The notes: generated by a model not told the origin, from the sequence alone. DNA of 64,000 bases from Octopus sinensis (GCF_006345805.1 NC_043012.1:31248001-31312000); one strand, 5' to 3'; positions 50,501 to 64,000 are shown, counted from the stretch's first letter. A program made the numbers and translations.

Positions 50501-51529
50501 TATAACTTACTTATATTAAAATAACTCACCTAAAATCCATATTGATCACCTTCGAAAAATCGTGTTCCTTTATCTGTTCTTTTTCTGTTGCTAATCTTAA
50601 TTATATGAATTTACAATAAAAAAAAAAGTATAGCTGCATGTAACCGTGTTCCAATTATTCTGGTCTTAGTTTTTGTTCAGAATATGGAGAAAATATTAAG
50701 GATGAAGTCCATTCTATTAAGCTTAACAATATTGATGTTTTGCAGCTATTCATGTTGATATAATCTGTGCGCGGCAGATTGAATGCCTACTAATTAGATT
50801 TCAAAACTACAGAGACGGATCTGCTTCATATTAAAAGGAAAAAAGAAGTTTTTGCCGAAACATATGACTTCAGGTATTGTTTTAAAAATTTCCACTAACG
50901 AAGAACAAAAAACTGAATCTTGCGGTTTAGCAGGGAGGGGGGGTAGAGATAGATAGATAAAGAAGGAGAGAGGGAGAGAGAAAGAAAAAGAGAGAAGAGT
51001 GAAAGGGAGGGAACGAGAGAAAAAGAGGCAGAAAGAGAGACAGAGAAGGATGGATAGATAGATAGATAGAGAGAGAAAGAAAGAAAGAGAAAGAGAGAAA
51101 AAGAGAGAAATATGGGGCGAATGCATGGAAAAAGCCAAGTGTTGCTGGATTAGGTCGCAAATAACGACATCCGCTGCTTTCCAGAACTGTACGCCATTTC
51201 TTTTTACTCTTTTCTTTTTTTTTTTAATCGGGCTTTTATCAACTAAATACATTAAAAGTAACCTACAGCTTTTTTCTCATTTTGAGTTACTTTGAAATGA
51301 AGTCCCCAAGTTTTGAAAACTTTCAGCTACTTTTTATGAAATTTATATGGTAACCATAGGAAAGTCATGATTAAAATGGTGTTTAGTATTTCTAATATCG
51401 CAGACACAGGTACCGTACCGCGAAAACAAAAATCTTAAAAATTCAATACAAGATTGTCTTAAATATTAAAGTAAGCGTTAATGTATTAAATGTGGTAAGC
51501 ACGGCCAGTTTAATGAGACGTTGAGGTTG

Positions 51530-51838
51530 TTGTTTTGTTGTTTATTCCTTCTCGAGCCATGCCTGGTTCATAAGGGCCGGTTTCCCGGTTTCTTGGCGTA
51601 TAGGTTCCCCACTTGGACGGGACGCCGGTCCGTCGCAGGTGAGCTGCAAGATGCAGGAGGAAAGAGTGAGAGAAAGTTGTGGCGAAAGAATCAGCAGAAG
51701 TTCGCCATTACCTTCTGCCGGAGCCGCGTGGAGCTTAGGTGTTTCGCTCATAAACACACACATCGCCCGGTCTGAGATTCGAACCCACAATCCCTCGAAT
51801 GCGAGTCCGCTGCTCTATCCACTGGGCCATGTGCCTCC
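51530..51838 (-). mobile_element. SINE family D
   Basis: 12-bp TSD acgttgaggttg at 51518-51529 and 51839-51850; homologous to 46980-47283. Confidence 0.9.
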
Positions 51839-53641
51839 ACGTTGAGGTTGCCGAACAGTATTTATGTGGCAACGGTAACAACTCAAAAGTTAATAAAATA
51901 ACGTTTGAAATAGGTTGACACACGGAAGTCCAACTTGATGTAATGAGGGGAGGATAGTCTGATCTTTGACAAATCTGGACATGTTTCAGTCTTATTAGAT
52001 CTCTTCAGTAATTCATTGTCATTCTCGTATCTGACTTAAACTTTCAGAAAGACAAGATTCTTATCTAAATAGTTTCCACTTTAAGAGGATAGTTTTTATA
52101 TACACCTTCAATATATTCCCAATATTTTCCTCCTTTTTCCCTTCGAGAAACAACAATAAAATCTTGCTCAAATAAGACGCTATCGTTTTCGAAAGAAAGG
52201 ACCCACTCGCTAATTTGAGGATGAGTTCACTATGTTTGGGAAACAGATTATAGTCAGGGCAGAATCCTTTTGATCAAAGAATTGTTCGAATAGTGTCGAC
52301 CTGAATACATGGGACACACAAACGAATGTGTTATATATTATATACAGTAGCGGCCATAATATAAGGGTAAGTAAGAACAAGTGTATTGAAATAGTTATCA
52401 TAGAGGATTAACAACATGTTGAGACTATAGATATTTTACACATATTTAGATAGATATAATATCTAGCTCTCGTGAAAATATCAAGTGAATGGAATAAAGA
52501 TTTCGTAAGTTAAGAGGAAATAAACAAGCAATCTTCCAAATTGCAGCGGCCAAAAGTTAAGGGTCACTTAAAAAAAAAAACGTATATATATATATGCGTA
52601 ACTTGTAATCGACCTAATAACTTCAACTGACTCAACCCCAGGAATCAACTGTAACATAGAACCAAAACCAAACTCCTTAAAGAATAGAAACTAAACAACA
52701 CTGAGAACTCGGAGAGCAACGGTTTCATTAAAGGGAATCAAAGCAGAGTTCTTTAAATAAAGTTGTATGGGAGAGGACTTTCAAAAGAACGATCATTAAA
52801 TAATTCCACATCATTCGAAACATAGTAAAGGTATTAGGCATGACAAAATGGCGTTGTTGTTTGTAGCAAAGGTGATACAAAGAGAGAATAAACCAGTCGT
52901 ATTTCATCTCTAATTTTGTGTACATTTGTTCGAGAAAGAAAGACATTATGCAAGCTGATGGAACTAATAGAACCAAAGCTATAACAGACCGTAAAAGACA
53001 CTATTCTCAATAAACCAATACTTGGTTTCTTTCCATTTAATTAATTCCATTGATTCCATTATTACAATCGACTTTAGTAAATCTAATTGTGACTAAACTC
53101 AGATTTGTCGCTTTAGAGTGATTATTTTATACACAGTGCATATCTTGTACGCGAAAAGTATCGTATATACAACGCTTGTCTTATATACGATGATCATTTA
53201 AATAAATGTTTCTAGTTTTGTAATCAAAACACTCAGCAACATTTGGGATCAATCTAAAATTAAAATAAAATCTTTAAAATTTACTGTATTTACATTATGA
53301 AGATCAATTCTGAAGAATACCTAAAATCCACAGCTCGTTCTCTGCAGCTTTTAGTTACTGCCATCACCTCATCTTTTTTTTTGTCTTAATCTTTAAACTT
53401 AAGTTCACTTTCTCGACCTTTTCTGTCACTTTTTTTCTGTCACCTGTCAAAGTTTATCTCATTTTCATAGGAAATGTCAATATTGCTATAGCAATTGTAA
53501 TGCTAAAGAAATTAAGGAAGTTTTTCACGTATAGCAAGGGTAGAAAATCAAAGTAGTTACATTGCCTTTTTTTCTGACCTTCGTCTTTTTGAGATTCATA
53601 AAATAAAGAAAACAGTTAAATATTAGTTTCAAATTATAAAT

Positions 53642-53990
53642 ACTAGCAACCGCATCCGTCCTTTGGACGGTTTAAGTTGCTTTATTGGTACAGTGTTCCT
53701 CGTCAATTTAATCTCTGTCGAAATAAATAAATAGACAAAATCCTTTTGGGTGTGTTCGTGCATGCATGTGTGTGTTTATGTGCGTTGCGCTCGTGTGCAT
53801 TTTATGTGTTCATGCATAAACGTTGTGTGTGTTTATAGGTGTATATGTATGTGAGCGAGTGTGCGTGTCCCTGTTATCAGTTGATGTGTGTAAATGGGGC
53901 ACACACATTTCCACTTTCACATTTGTTTCTCTCAGTTTTTTTCAGTCTTAAATGGACTTAGAACGTTTCTTTGAACCTGTCACTTTCATG

Positions 53991-54070
<80 letters not shown>

Positions 54071-54125
54071 CCATAAACATACAAACACACTCAGACAAAG
54101 AGAAATGCTCTCTCAGTTTGTAATA
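53642..54125 (+). mobile_element. Lep1-like Helitron-type element
   Basis: ACTAG + hairpin ccgtcc-ttt-ggacgg at the 5' end; (CA)n near the 3' end. Confidence 0.45.
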
Positions 54126-54984
54126 ATTTAATTAATGTCATAAGACGTTGATGAAAAATGCCATGAGAATTTTTTTCTCCTATTTGACCAACAAAGAATT
54201 AATATTCCGATTCTGAAGGAGTTGGAATAGCAGAACGTGTAAGAACGTGGAAAATGATGTCTTAACATATATGATTTCCTTAGTTTCCATTCTGATTATC
54301 AACCCCATCCTGGCTTACTGTGTTTTTACAGCCTGTAAAGTTTATGAAATAAGCGGCAACTATGTTAAAATTCATCACAAAGGCTACAAAGTTTCTGTTC
54401 AAATTTCTCGTGGCAGAGTAGCAATCTAATGGTGATTTTCGTAACTGTATTTTCAATTAAATTGTACAAGATTTTTGAAAACTAATTGAAAATTTTTCGT
54501 AACTGTATTTTCAATTAAATTGTACAAGTTTTTTGAAAACTAATTGAAAATTTTGAAATCTTTAAGATAATATTCTTTCTAAATCCAAACTTTCTCGTTA
54601 CTGCATATTCCTATTAAAATTAATTTCATGTTTCTATTAATTTTAATTCCAATTTGTTGATAAAATATGGCTTTGGGTAAAAGACCTTGTAATTTCGTCA
54701 TGGACAATTTTCGTCATGGACAATTCCGAAGGGAATGTTTTCATTTCCAATTGTGTAAAAAGATAATAGGATGCGTTATTTTTTCTCTGTCATTACTGAA
54801 ATTCTTCGTATATTTTCGATTCGCGATCACAAAGCTGCTGGTTCAATTCAATTGCGCAGCACCTTATGAAGGTTACTTCTGCCGTATCCTCAAGGTCATC
54901 AATGCTCTGAGAATAAAATTTGTTAGACGTAGACTATTCGGAAAACGCTACATACATGTGCGCGCGCACACACACTTATTGGAT

Positions 54985-55125
54985 GGAAGAAATATGAACT
55001 CTGTAGACGAGGTACTGGAGGAGCATTTTTCGTCACGGACAAGTAAATTTTGGAAGAGGGGCTTTGCAAGTCTACCAGATAGATGGAAGAGCATTCTAGA
55101 AAATGAAGGAAAGTATATTTTATGT
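54985..55125 (+). pseudogene. Mariner transposase C-terminal fragment
   Basis: SVDEVLEEHFSSRTSKFWKRGFASLPDRWKSILENEGKYI matches the mariner C-terminal F..GI..LP.RW..V...G.Y pattern. Confidence 0.65.
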
Positions 55126-55933
55126 TTCCGTGCTCAGTCCCAGTGCGTGGCATCTTGGGCAAGTGTTTTCCACTATAGCCTCAAGTTGACCTGTGTTGAT
55201 GGAAGCTTGAGAACTTGAATCATAAGGAATTTTCATCAGCCGAATCTTTCAGTTAATGAATAATTCATTAGCTGATCACACAACCATGGATACCACCCGC
55301 TCTTGATATAGCTTGGTGATACTGACCTATTTATCTTCTAGGATTCTTTCGTTCAGTATCACTCTCAGAAGCACTGTTGACTCAGTTGAGCTCTTCTGAT
55401 TCCGCTTCACAATCCACCATACTGCAGTCCTATGAATTTGTCATATCCCTTACAGGGTGGCTGAACGGGCTCTATGCCTTATGAAAGGGCATCCTTAACT
55501 ATGTAGGGCACGGCAGTAATTCTGTGAGTACCAATTTTCAAATACATTTATCCTATGTACAACCGCATCGGTAAATAAATTCAATTCGTAAACTACAACC
55601 AACTCTTAAATGCGTAACTAAACAGCGACCAATCCATTAAGTCATACAAAAATTATAATCCCTGCCGTCTTCCGTAGTGTGATATAAAAGTGAAAGCTGA
55701 ATGACTGTATTCATTCATTCAAGCAATCAATCCATTTATAGGCAGGATTAAACATTAACTTTAATAAACTACTACAAAGAAACATAAACCAATGTCCATT
55801 GTATTGGTATTAATAGTAAACCGCAATAACTAAATTATATGCTAAATCGCGCCCAATCTCTAAATACATACAAATAATAATCCCATCAGTCTTCCATTGT
55901 TACTACTATAATAAAAGTTAAAGCTCTATATAA

Positions 55934-56183
<250 letters not shown>

Positions 56184-56389
56184 CGGTACTTATTTGATCG
56201 ATTCTGAACTTGAGAGTATATAGAACACATTTGTCCGTTAGTCTCTTTGGCAGATCAATGTGAAGGAAGGATAATCAGATCTTTTAATGCGTTATAATTA
56301 ATTGAAAAATCAAATCAATGCAAGATAAAAGTATTACGGCAAGCCATACCGTAATTTTACTTAACAGTAAGAAAAAGCAGGAGAATTGA

Positions 56390-57400
56390 GAATGTGCAGC
56401 ATAGAGATATGCCAAAAGGGCATATGAATTCAAAGAGCAGGGAGCCGAGGAGGTCATCCACTCAGCAGGATTTTTATTTAGTTCTCCAAGAGACGTTCCA
56501 ATTTTCTGCTGGAAAATGATTATGTAGATGCGTCAGTACAGAAGGGAGACATACTCGGGGATCCCTATTTCTCTTGAATACACAGGTGTGCTGACCCACC
56601 TCATCAGGGAAACAAGAAAAGGAAAAGAGGGCCTTGCTCTACTTGGGCCAGATCTGACCAATGCCTATGGGTCAGTACCGTACAAGCTAGTCGAGGTTAC
56701 ATTAGAAACATCATATACCACACCAGATAGAGGACTGTATAGACTTTAGCAACACCTTCAGTTCGAGGGTTTTCTCTGGTCTGCTGACGTCTGACTGATA
56801 TTTGCCAAAAGTGAGGATAATTACCAACTACATCATCGAGGTGTCCTTCTTTTGCATTTTCGGTAACGAACATGTTGGGCCAAGCCAGCAAAGGAAAGTT
56901 GGGATCACTTCAGCAACTTTGGGTTGAGACAACTATCGATCTAATCTTTAATCGATGACTTCACAATAAACAACAAAAGTACCGGATGCCAAGTGAAGCC
57001 TGCGGAAGTTAGGGAATCAAGTAGTGTGGATGGAAATATGTTCAAACCCGGAAACTCTTAGTGTATGGTTTTGAAGCATGGGAAGATTACTAACAAATTA
57101 CGCTTGAAAATGATTGAAGACTAGACCCTATTTGTTTCAGAGAATACCGGTGAAGAAACCTGAGAAGGTCTTCAATTTAAAGGACATAGACCCACTAGAG
57201 CTTACCCGATTGATTGAGAACAAGTTTGGGTTACTAAGAAGATTCAAGACCCTGATCTACTGGAACGGGTTCCTCTGAATAAATTTCTGGCCTCTGCTTA
57301 TCTAGGAAATATCCATTACTGTAGCAGAAGATAAACCCTCGACAAAAGCAGTGAATATTGTTTATCAGTTCAAAATACTACTCGGAGTTGCTTAAGTGTA
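56390..57400 (+). pseudogene. Degenerate RLE-type (HERO/R2-like) non-LTR RT fragment
   Basis: FLLENDYVDASVQKG..SLEYTGVLTHLIRETRKGKEGLALLGPDLTNAYGSVPYKLVE resembles SVQKGG..CLEHTGV.TQLIREAR...WLDL.NAYGS.PHKL. Confidence 0.7.
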
Positions 57401-58340
57401 TCAAAAGGTATGGAAGTTAAAACATACCCGATAAGGTTTAAAAAAAAAAAAAAACACGGTCTTTCATACTAAATTACTTTCACTACCATTCCTTAGTTAA
57501 CGCATTCTTTAAAATTTGGTACTAATTCCTTATTAAAAATTGAACCTTTCAATGTAATAAATATCGATTTCAAATTTTGGCACACGGTCAGCATGTTCGA
57601 GGGAGGGAGTATGTCAATTACACCGAAAATTAAACATCTGCCAATACATTGCACGTATCTTCGGAAACAGAATTCTATATGATCTTGCACACAAACCAGA
57701 CACAACGACAGATCTTATAGGCAAAATGTCTTCTAACTGATCGATATGCTCTTATTTTAATGAGGCGATACATCTCTCTACAGAAGATAATCTCGAAGAA
57801 AATGTGAAGCCCGTCTTCAACGGTCTTCATGAAACTAATTTTAGTTTTTGCTACAAGTTGCAATTCCTCATGACAGTACTAATATAAGATTAAGACAGCA
57901 CTAATTACGCTACGACTTCAACCCGTTGTTGGGCCATTCAAACCCTGTTTGCACTACACATTTTAATTATCTCATATTAAAACAAAATTTCTTAATGATT
58001 ATTTCATGTTGCACGTCTTTGTTCTAATATATTTTTAAAAGAACCTGCTGCGTTCCACAGGGAAAATTCAACAACTGTGTGCTGAAGTCGTTTCAGCGAC
58101 TTGGCTGAAATTAAAAAAGAACAATAATGCTGATAATATTATCAACAAATACAAACAATTGTGATGCGATAATAACTATGAGATATTGATTTCTCTTTCT
58201 TTCTTTCTTTCTTTCTTTCTTTTGTTAAAAGAGTTCTTCCTTATAATTGAAGCCGCTTATAACCAATTAATTTCAAACTCAGTATGTTTATTTTAATAAT
58301 ATTAGTTTTTAAAATTTACATTAAAAATTATCTCATCATA

Positions 58341-58665
58341 GACGCAGGCGTGGCTGTCTGGTAAGAGGCTTGCTTCCCAACTACACGTTCCCGGGTTCAG
58401 TCCCACTGCGTGGAACCTTGGGCAAGTGTCTTCTACTATAACCTCGGGCTGACTAAAGCCGTGTGACTGGATTTGGTCAACGGAAACTGAAAGAATGTGT
58501 TTATGTCCCCATAACCTAGCGGTTCGGCAAAAAGAAACCGATAGAGTTAGTACCTGGCTTAAAAAATTAAGTCCTTGGGTTGCTTCACCCGACTAAAAAT
58601 TATTTAAGGTGGTGCCCCGCATGGCCGCCGTCAAATGACTGAAAGAAGTAAAGGATAAAATATAA
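58341..58665 (+). mobile_element. SINE family B with internal deletion
   Basis: ggcgtggctgtctggtaagaggcttgcttccc..aaatgactgaaagaagtaaagg. Confidence 0.85.
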
Positions 58666-59746
58666 GAGAGCAAGAGAGAATCGGTATTGCAATCAGTTTC
58701 ACACATAAGTTTTGCCCGTAATAATTGTACCTCTCTGAGACGCATTTGTGACATAAATTCAGTCAAAAGGCTTTTAACCAGGAAACGAAATCGCATCGGT
58801 GGTATGTCTTACAAAAACACCATAACTTGTTTGCGATGTGCTCATCTAGGACAACGAAATATTATTGGTTCGGTGTTGAAAACCGCAACATAGCAATAAA
58901 ATATTGTATCAGGCAAGTGCTATAATTTGTATCTCGGTTCACACTAATTGCGTTATTAATGGTTTTGATAAAAGCAAGGAAGTTGTACAGTACCATTCCT
59001 GTTAGTAATAAATATAAGGAGTTGTTCCTATGTATAAAAGCACTATTGATTTATTGGATGGGTGAGAGGGCGAGAGCTGCAATGGCCAAGTGGATGATAG
59101 TGATGTCCCTGTAATGAAAAGTTTATAACTTTGCATCTTATCATTGTGACTCGTTAGAGTGGAAAACAGACTCTTTCTGTGCCGATTATCTGTGATTAGA
59201 ACTAATAAAACTCAATATGTTTAAATGGATAATATAAAGGACTGTCAGATCTTAGTGTCAAGTTTAAATTCCATTTAATAATTTTTTTTTTGCTGCTGTT
59301 TATTGTTTTACTCTCATATCCAAAATTAGAAAACTTTGAGCAAACGCTTTCTGGGCTGTGATCATCCGTTCTTTATATAAGTCAAAACGTAGCTAGGACG
59401 ACATTATCCAGTGTGAAATTTCTGTTGTAAGACGATAGACTATGATTGAAGAGAGAGAGGGAGAGAGAGTTGGTATTTGGCTGCTATTTCTTGCAGATAG
59501 AGTAACCATACTGAGATAGTTTTGCTCGCCTGGAGCACAAGGACGTTTAATTTCGAAATAGATGGAAATGTCAAATGAAGTTTTGTGGAATCGATAGACG
59601 ATAATCTGGCGAACTGTAATTAAGATTCATCAATGTCAAGTAAGAAACACTATTGCAATATGTAAACTATATGCACACTCATGCCACATATACGCACCAA
59701 TCACAGACACAAACAAATACACGTACATGTGGGTGTATAATATATG

Positions 59747-59794
<48 letters not shown>

Positions 59795-59998
59795 GTGTGT
59801 GTGTGTGTGTGCATGTGTGTATGCATTACGTATGTATTATGTATGTATTATGTATGTATACTTGTATAAGTATGTATATATGTGTGCCATTTGGAGTGAG
59901 ATCTATTTCAAACTGTTTGAAATGCAAATTTCAAGCAGATTTCAGGACTTAAAAGGCACTTACTCTTTCAGGAAATAGTACATCTAACAAGAAGTGCT

Positions 59999-60165
59999 AT
60001 TGTGTTTATTGACGCAAAGGTATATTTGGTTCTGAAGTTTGATGGTTTAAGCAGCAGAAGCCGAAGAAGGAGAAGGCGAAGAAGAAGCCTTCTCCCTCTT
60101 CGGCTGCTGCTGCTTAAACCATCAAACTTCAGAACCAAATATACCTTTGCATCCATAAACACAAT
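59999..60165. repeat. Near-perfect ~79-bp inverted repeat with 9-nt loop
   Basis: attgtgtttattgacgcaaagg..ggagaaggc-gaagaagaa-gccttctcc..cctttgcatccataaacacaat; about 4 mismatches by eye. Confidence 0.95.
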
Positions 60166-60209
60166 TTTTCTGATCTGCCACTATCAACCTAACGAGCCTT
60201 CACAAAGGA

Positions 60210-60276
<67 letters not shown>

Positions 60277-60431
60277 CGAGAGAGAGAGCGACAAAGGAAA
60301 ATGTTCTGCCTAATTGAAGACTGTGGAAATATTTACAAAACATTTCATTTAATTTTTTTCTCAGTTTAATTGTTTTTCTTGTATTTCATGATAAAATTAT
60401 TTTAGCATTTTCTACCTTGTCTTATTTTCCT

Positions 60432-60468
<37 letters not shown>

Positions 60469-60470
<2 letters not shown>

Positions 60471-60853
60471 TAGCAGTATCGCCCGGCGTTGCTCGGGTTT
60501 GTAAGGGAAATAACTATAGAGCATTTTTAGATAGTTATAGCCAAAATATAGCAAAAAAATGGGAAAAAAATGATGGTAAATTTTTTTGAGAGTTAGAAAG
60601 GTGGAGTTGCGTCCCCTAGACAGTCTGTGGTTTGTGTTTCTGATTCTCGACCCCATGTCGAATTTATCGATTTTTTTCAGAACTGGGGGAACTTTTCAAA
60701 ATTTTCGCTGCGTTAGTTTTGAATTATGACATTGGGCTATGTGTGTGTCAAGTTTCATCAGAATCGGTTGAAAGCCGTGGTCAGGGTGAGGGTACAACCA
60801 AACAGACACACAGAAACACACACAGACAAACTGCCGTTTATATATAGAGAGAT
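60469..60853 (+). mobile_element. Lep1-like Helitron-type element
   Basis: actagcagtatcgcccggcgttgctcggg 5' end; aagtttcatcagaatcggttg..acagacacacag..gccgtttatatatag 3' end, as in Lep1-type elements. Confidence 0.65.
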
Positions 60854-60875
60854 ATACATACATAAATATATATAT

Positions 60876-61050
60876 AAAGTTAATCCAAACAAGAAAGCAC
60901 AAAAAAACACAACAACGCGAGGACGTGGAACAAATATAGTATTATTGGACGCTCAGGAAAGAAGGAAAGAAGGAGGTTTTAACGTTTCCAGCGGAGCTCT
61001 TTGTCGGAAACATAGGAGAATGAAAGATCCAGAGAAGGGAAGACAGAGGG
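60876..61050 (-). mobile_element. Family H1 repeat end with hammerhead core
   Basis: Minus strand 60976-61011: gttt-CCGACAA-A-GAGC-tcc-GCTG-GAAAC-GTT-aaaac. Confidence 0.6.
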
Positions 61051-61078
61051 AAAAAATCGCCAACAGTACACACGCGGT

Positions 61079-61139
<61 letters not shown>

Positions 61140-61260
61140 CTCGCTTATAATCACCCCACATTACTGTATTGTTAAAACAGTATAGTTTTTTTTGGTGCAT
61201 CTAAGTTAGGTACCATATTCAAGTAAATTCATTTAAATTAACTTGAATCTTTATTGCTTT

Positions 61261-61306
<46 letters not shown>

Positions 61307-61344
61307 TATATGTATATATATAACACTCTCCATTTCTCGCTTTG

Positions 61345-61375
<31 letters not shown>

Positions 61376-61394
61376 GCAACAAGTGCTCCTCATA

Positions 61395-61830
61395 CTGCTT
61401 CCCCAGGACCGGACCCACTGAAAACATATTGTTTTATATCACTTGCCAGTGGGCTCTCGATTTAAAAATGATAGCTGAAAGCAATGTTGTTGCTTTAAAC
61501 TTTAGCAAAGGCTTCGACCGTGTCTCTCCTACGAATCTTCTATCAAAGCTTATGGAGCTCTTTCTACTCGGCTCTCAACAAATTCTAGCGTGCCCTTGGG
61601 ATTGTTTTTTCTCCCACACTCTCTACATTTTATACCGTAATGAATCTAATTACCACCACATCGACCACTGCCCACTTGTAGACAAATGAAACACCATTTC
61701 TTTCTTCTATCACTTCGTCCAATCATACATCATCTTCGAGCAACCTAAACATCAGACGACAAACCTGCGTACGTTCCGTAAACGGAAACCTTGATAGCAC
61801 CCTTCAATGGAGTCATGTACTACTCTAGTA
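61395..61830 (+). pseudogene. Degenerate CR1/Jockey-like RT fragment
   Basis: ITCQWAL..VVALNFSKGFDRVSPTNLLSKL (RT domain 3), then a degenerate GVPQGS..LF-like block. Confidence 0.7.
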
Positions 61831-62029
61831 CAATTCATATAAAAAATAAACCCGCTCTACTATATTCACTAAAGAGGGATATTCTTTTTAGCGAAATCAC
61901 ATCCCATTTCAATCTAATATTTTTGCTATCACCAACAAACACAAAACAAAACTCAACATGAATTACCATTCTGCAATTTATATACACGCCTGTCTGTGTT
62001 TATACTACATGGCTTACTGTGTTTCATGT

Positions 62030-62375
62030 TTATCTTTAACTTGTTTTAGTCATTAGTCTGCGGCCATGCTGGGGCACCACCTTGAAGAATTTTAGTCGAA
62101 TGAATCTACTCCAGGACTTATTTTTTTAAAGCCTGTTATTTATTCTATGGATCTCTTTTGCCGAACTGCTAAATTACAGGGACATAAACACACCAATACC
62201 GGTTGTCATGCGATGATGGGGTCAAAAACAGAAACACACATACATACATACACATAGGTGGGTTTCTTTTAGTTTCCATCTACTATATCCACCCACAAGG
62301 ATTTGGTCGGCTATAGTAGAAAACACCCAACCAAGGTGCCACGCAGTGGGACTGAACCTGTGGTTGGGAAGTAAT
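62030..62375 (-). mobile_element. SINE family B
   Basis: ttgttttagtcattagtctgcggccatgctggggcacc..gtgccacgcagtgggactgaacc. Confidence 0.85.
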
Positions 62376-62589
62376 TTCGCAAAATTATTTAAAGCCTAAA
62401 GAGGCGAGAAAGAAAGGAAACAACGAATCTACTATTGTCGCTGTTACCTTGAATATAAAATGTATAAAGAGAATGATCTGAAATAGAAAAAACAAACAGC
62501 AATCTTACAAAAAAAACCTCGAGTCTGTATTACTAGTACAAAGACAATAATAAGAATTTTCTTTAATATTTAGTAGAATATTAAGGAGG

Positions 62590-62757
62590 GCGTTGAGTCG
62601 ATACCGTTGACCCTTGTATTTGAGAGGTACTTTTAGTTTTCGAACCTGAAAGGCGGAAAGGCCTCCATGAAATTTGAACTCAGAACATAAAACCGAAAGT
62701 AATACTGCCGGGCATTATGTTCGACGTGCACACGATTCTGTCAGTCCACTGCCTTCA
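62590..62757 (-). mobile_element. Degenerate SINE family A
   Basis: gaaatttgaactcagaac..cacgattctgtcagtccactgcctt. Confidence 0.6.
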
Positions 62758-62760
62758 ATG

Positions 62761-62830
<70 letters not shown>

Positions 62831-63544
62831 CAGCAACAGTAACAAGAACAAGAACAAGGATAAAAAGAAAAAATGAAGCGAAGGCGGAGGAGGAAGTGGA
62901 GGAGGGGGAGAAGGTGGTGTCGGCGGTGGTGGTGGTAGTGGTAAGTGGTGATTTGTGATTGGTGATTGGTGATGGTGGTGGTGACTGGTGGTGATTGGTG
63001 GTGGTGATGGTGATTGGTAGTGGTGGTGGTGGTGGTAATAATGATGACTATGATGACAATGGTGCTGATGGTGTTTTGTGCGCCAAAGATGATGTTGACA
63101 TTTTCGCGACCATATGTGTCTGTGATCGGTCTGCAAATGCCACGATATTTCACATTTATATGGACGCTAAAAAATATATCTATTATATCATTATCTTGCT
63201 TTCCTCCCATCTGATTTCATTAAATTCACACAGAGAATAATAAATAATGTCACAGATCAAGAGTGATGGGGTGACGTATCGTAATGGTTGAACAAATAAT
63301 GTATTGGCCTCTTCAATAAACAGCCGTGAGATTGTATCCTATGAGTGTCACTGATCTCTCTCCATCTACAACTTCTTTTCTTGGTTAAAATAATCTGAGC
63401 TGAATCACTGCTCAGATATATGTATTTTTTCATTGGTTTATTCTTGGAGAAGTCGCAGTATCTATGGACTACACATGTCTTTGGAGAGATTAATGTTGTT
63501 CTCAACGCTGCCAAACCGACAGCTACAGGGAAAAGCATTTACTT

Positions 63545-63743
63545 AATACAGTTCTATATTTAAGAGATGAGGAATTATGTACATTATTTACATTATTTAC
63601 ATTTGACGGATATTTTCCCTCATCTTGGTTGTTGTTAACACAACGCTTCGGCTGATATACCCTCCAGGCTCCATCAGGTGTCTTGGAGAAATTTCGAACC
63701 TGGGTTCTCATTCCTAACGTATTTTCCGATGTTGTTGTTGTTG

Positions 63744-63801
<58 letters not shown>

Positions 63802-63871
63802 CATTATTATTCAGGTCATTGCCTGGAATCGAACTCGAGTTTGATTTCAGGCAGTAACCTGAATAATTATA

Positions 63872-63911
<40 letters not shown>

Positions 63912-64000
63912 GGATGATGATGATGATAAGGAGGAGGAGGAGGAGGATAACATCGAAAAATATCTTAGGAACGAGAACCTACGTTCGAAATTTCCCCAAG
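63545..64000. mobile_element. Two family H2 (tRNA-head/microsatellite/HHR) copies fused head-to-head
   Basis: Minus copy 63545-63836 with HHR at 63637-63682; plus copy from 63837 to the window end; palindromic junction aactc|gagtt. Confidence 0.8.

Noticed and set aside
52728-52976. 82-aa ORF, and the 68-aa ORF at 58687-58893
   Set aside because: Short, no recognisable motif, consistent with chance ORFs.
54436-54553. ~60-bp tandem duplication, plus short duplications near 13980, 47620 and 54695
   Set aside because: Ordinary local slippage duplications with no further structure.
55300-55520. Possible RTE-like LINE C-terminal remnant on the minus strand
   Set aside because: Resemblance (LLRVILNERILEDK) is too weak to support without a search.

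Overview
A 64-kb, very AT-rich and microsatellite-dense eukaryotic window with no host protein-coding gene that I can support; nearly all listed ORFs are microsatellite translations. The SINE families and repeat density point to a coleoid cephalopod, probably Octopus (inference). The dominant feature is an ~11.6-kb foldback Penelope-like retroelement (26343-37960) of the Naiad/Chlamys type. Its core is a 5'-truncated RT + GIY-YIG ORF with intact catalytic motifs. This is followed by a very long G/T-rich 3' region made of ~1.02-kb tandem units that ends in a minimal type-I hammerhead ribozyme (HHR), and a 3.5-kb inverted copy of that 3' region is fused to the 5' truncation point. At least four further small repeat families carry hammerhead-like cores. 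One of them joins a tRNA-like head, a variable triplet microsatellite and an HHR, and three share an extra A after A9. The rest consists of tRNA-derived SINEs (often in non-random dimers and clusters), mariner derivatives, Lep1-like Helitron elements, a Dong/R4 LINE in (TAA)n, other RT relics and three long hairpins. All calls were made by eye; coordinates of degenerate elements are approximate.
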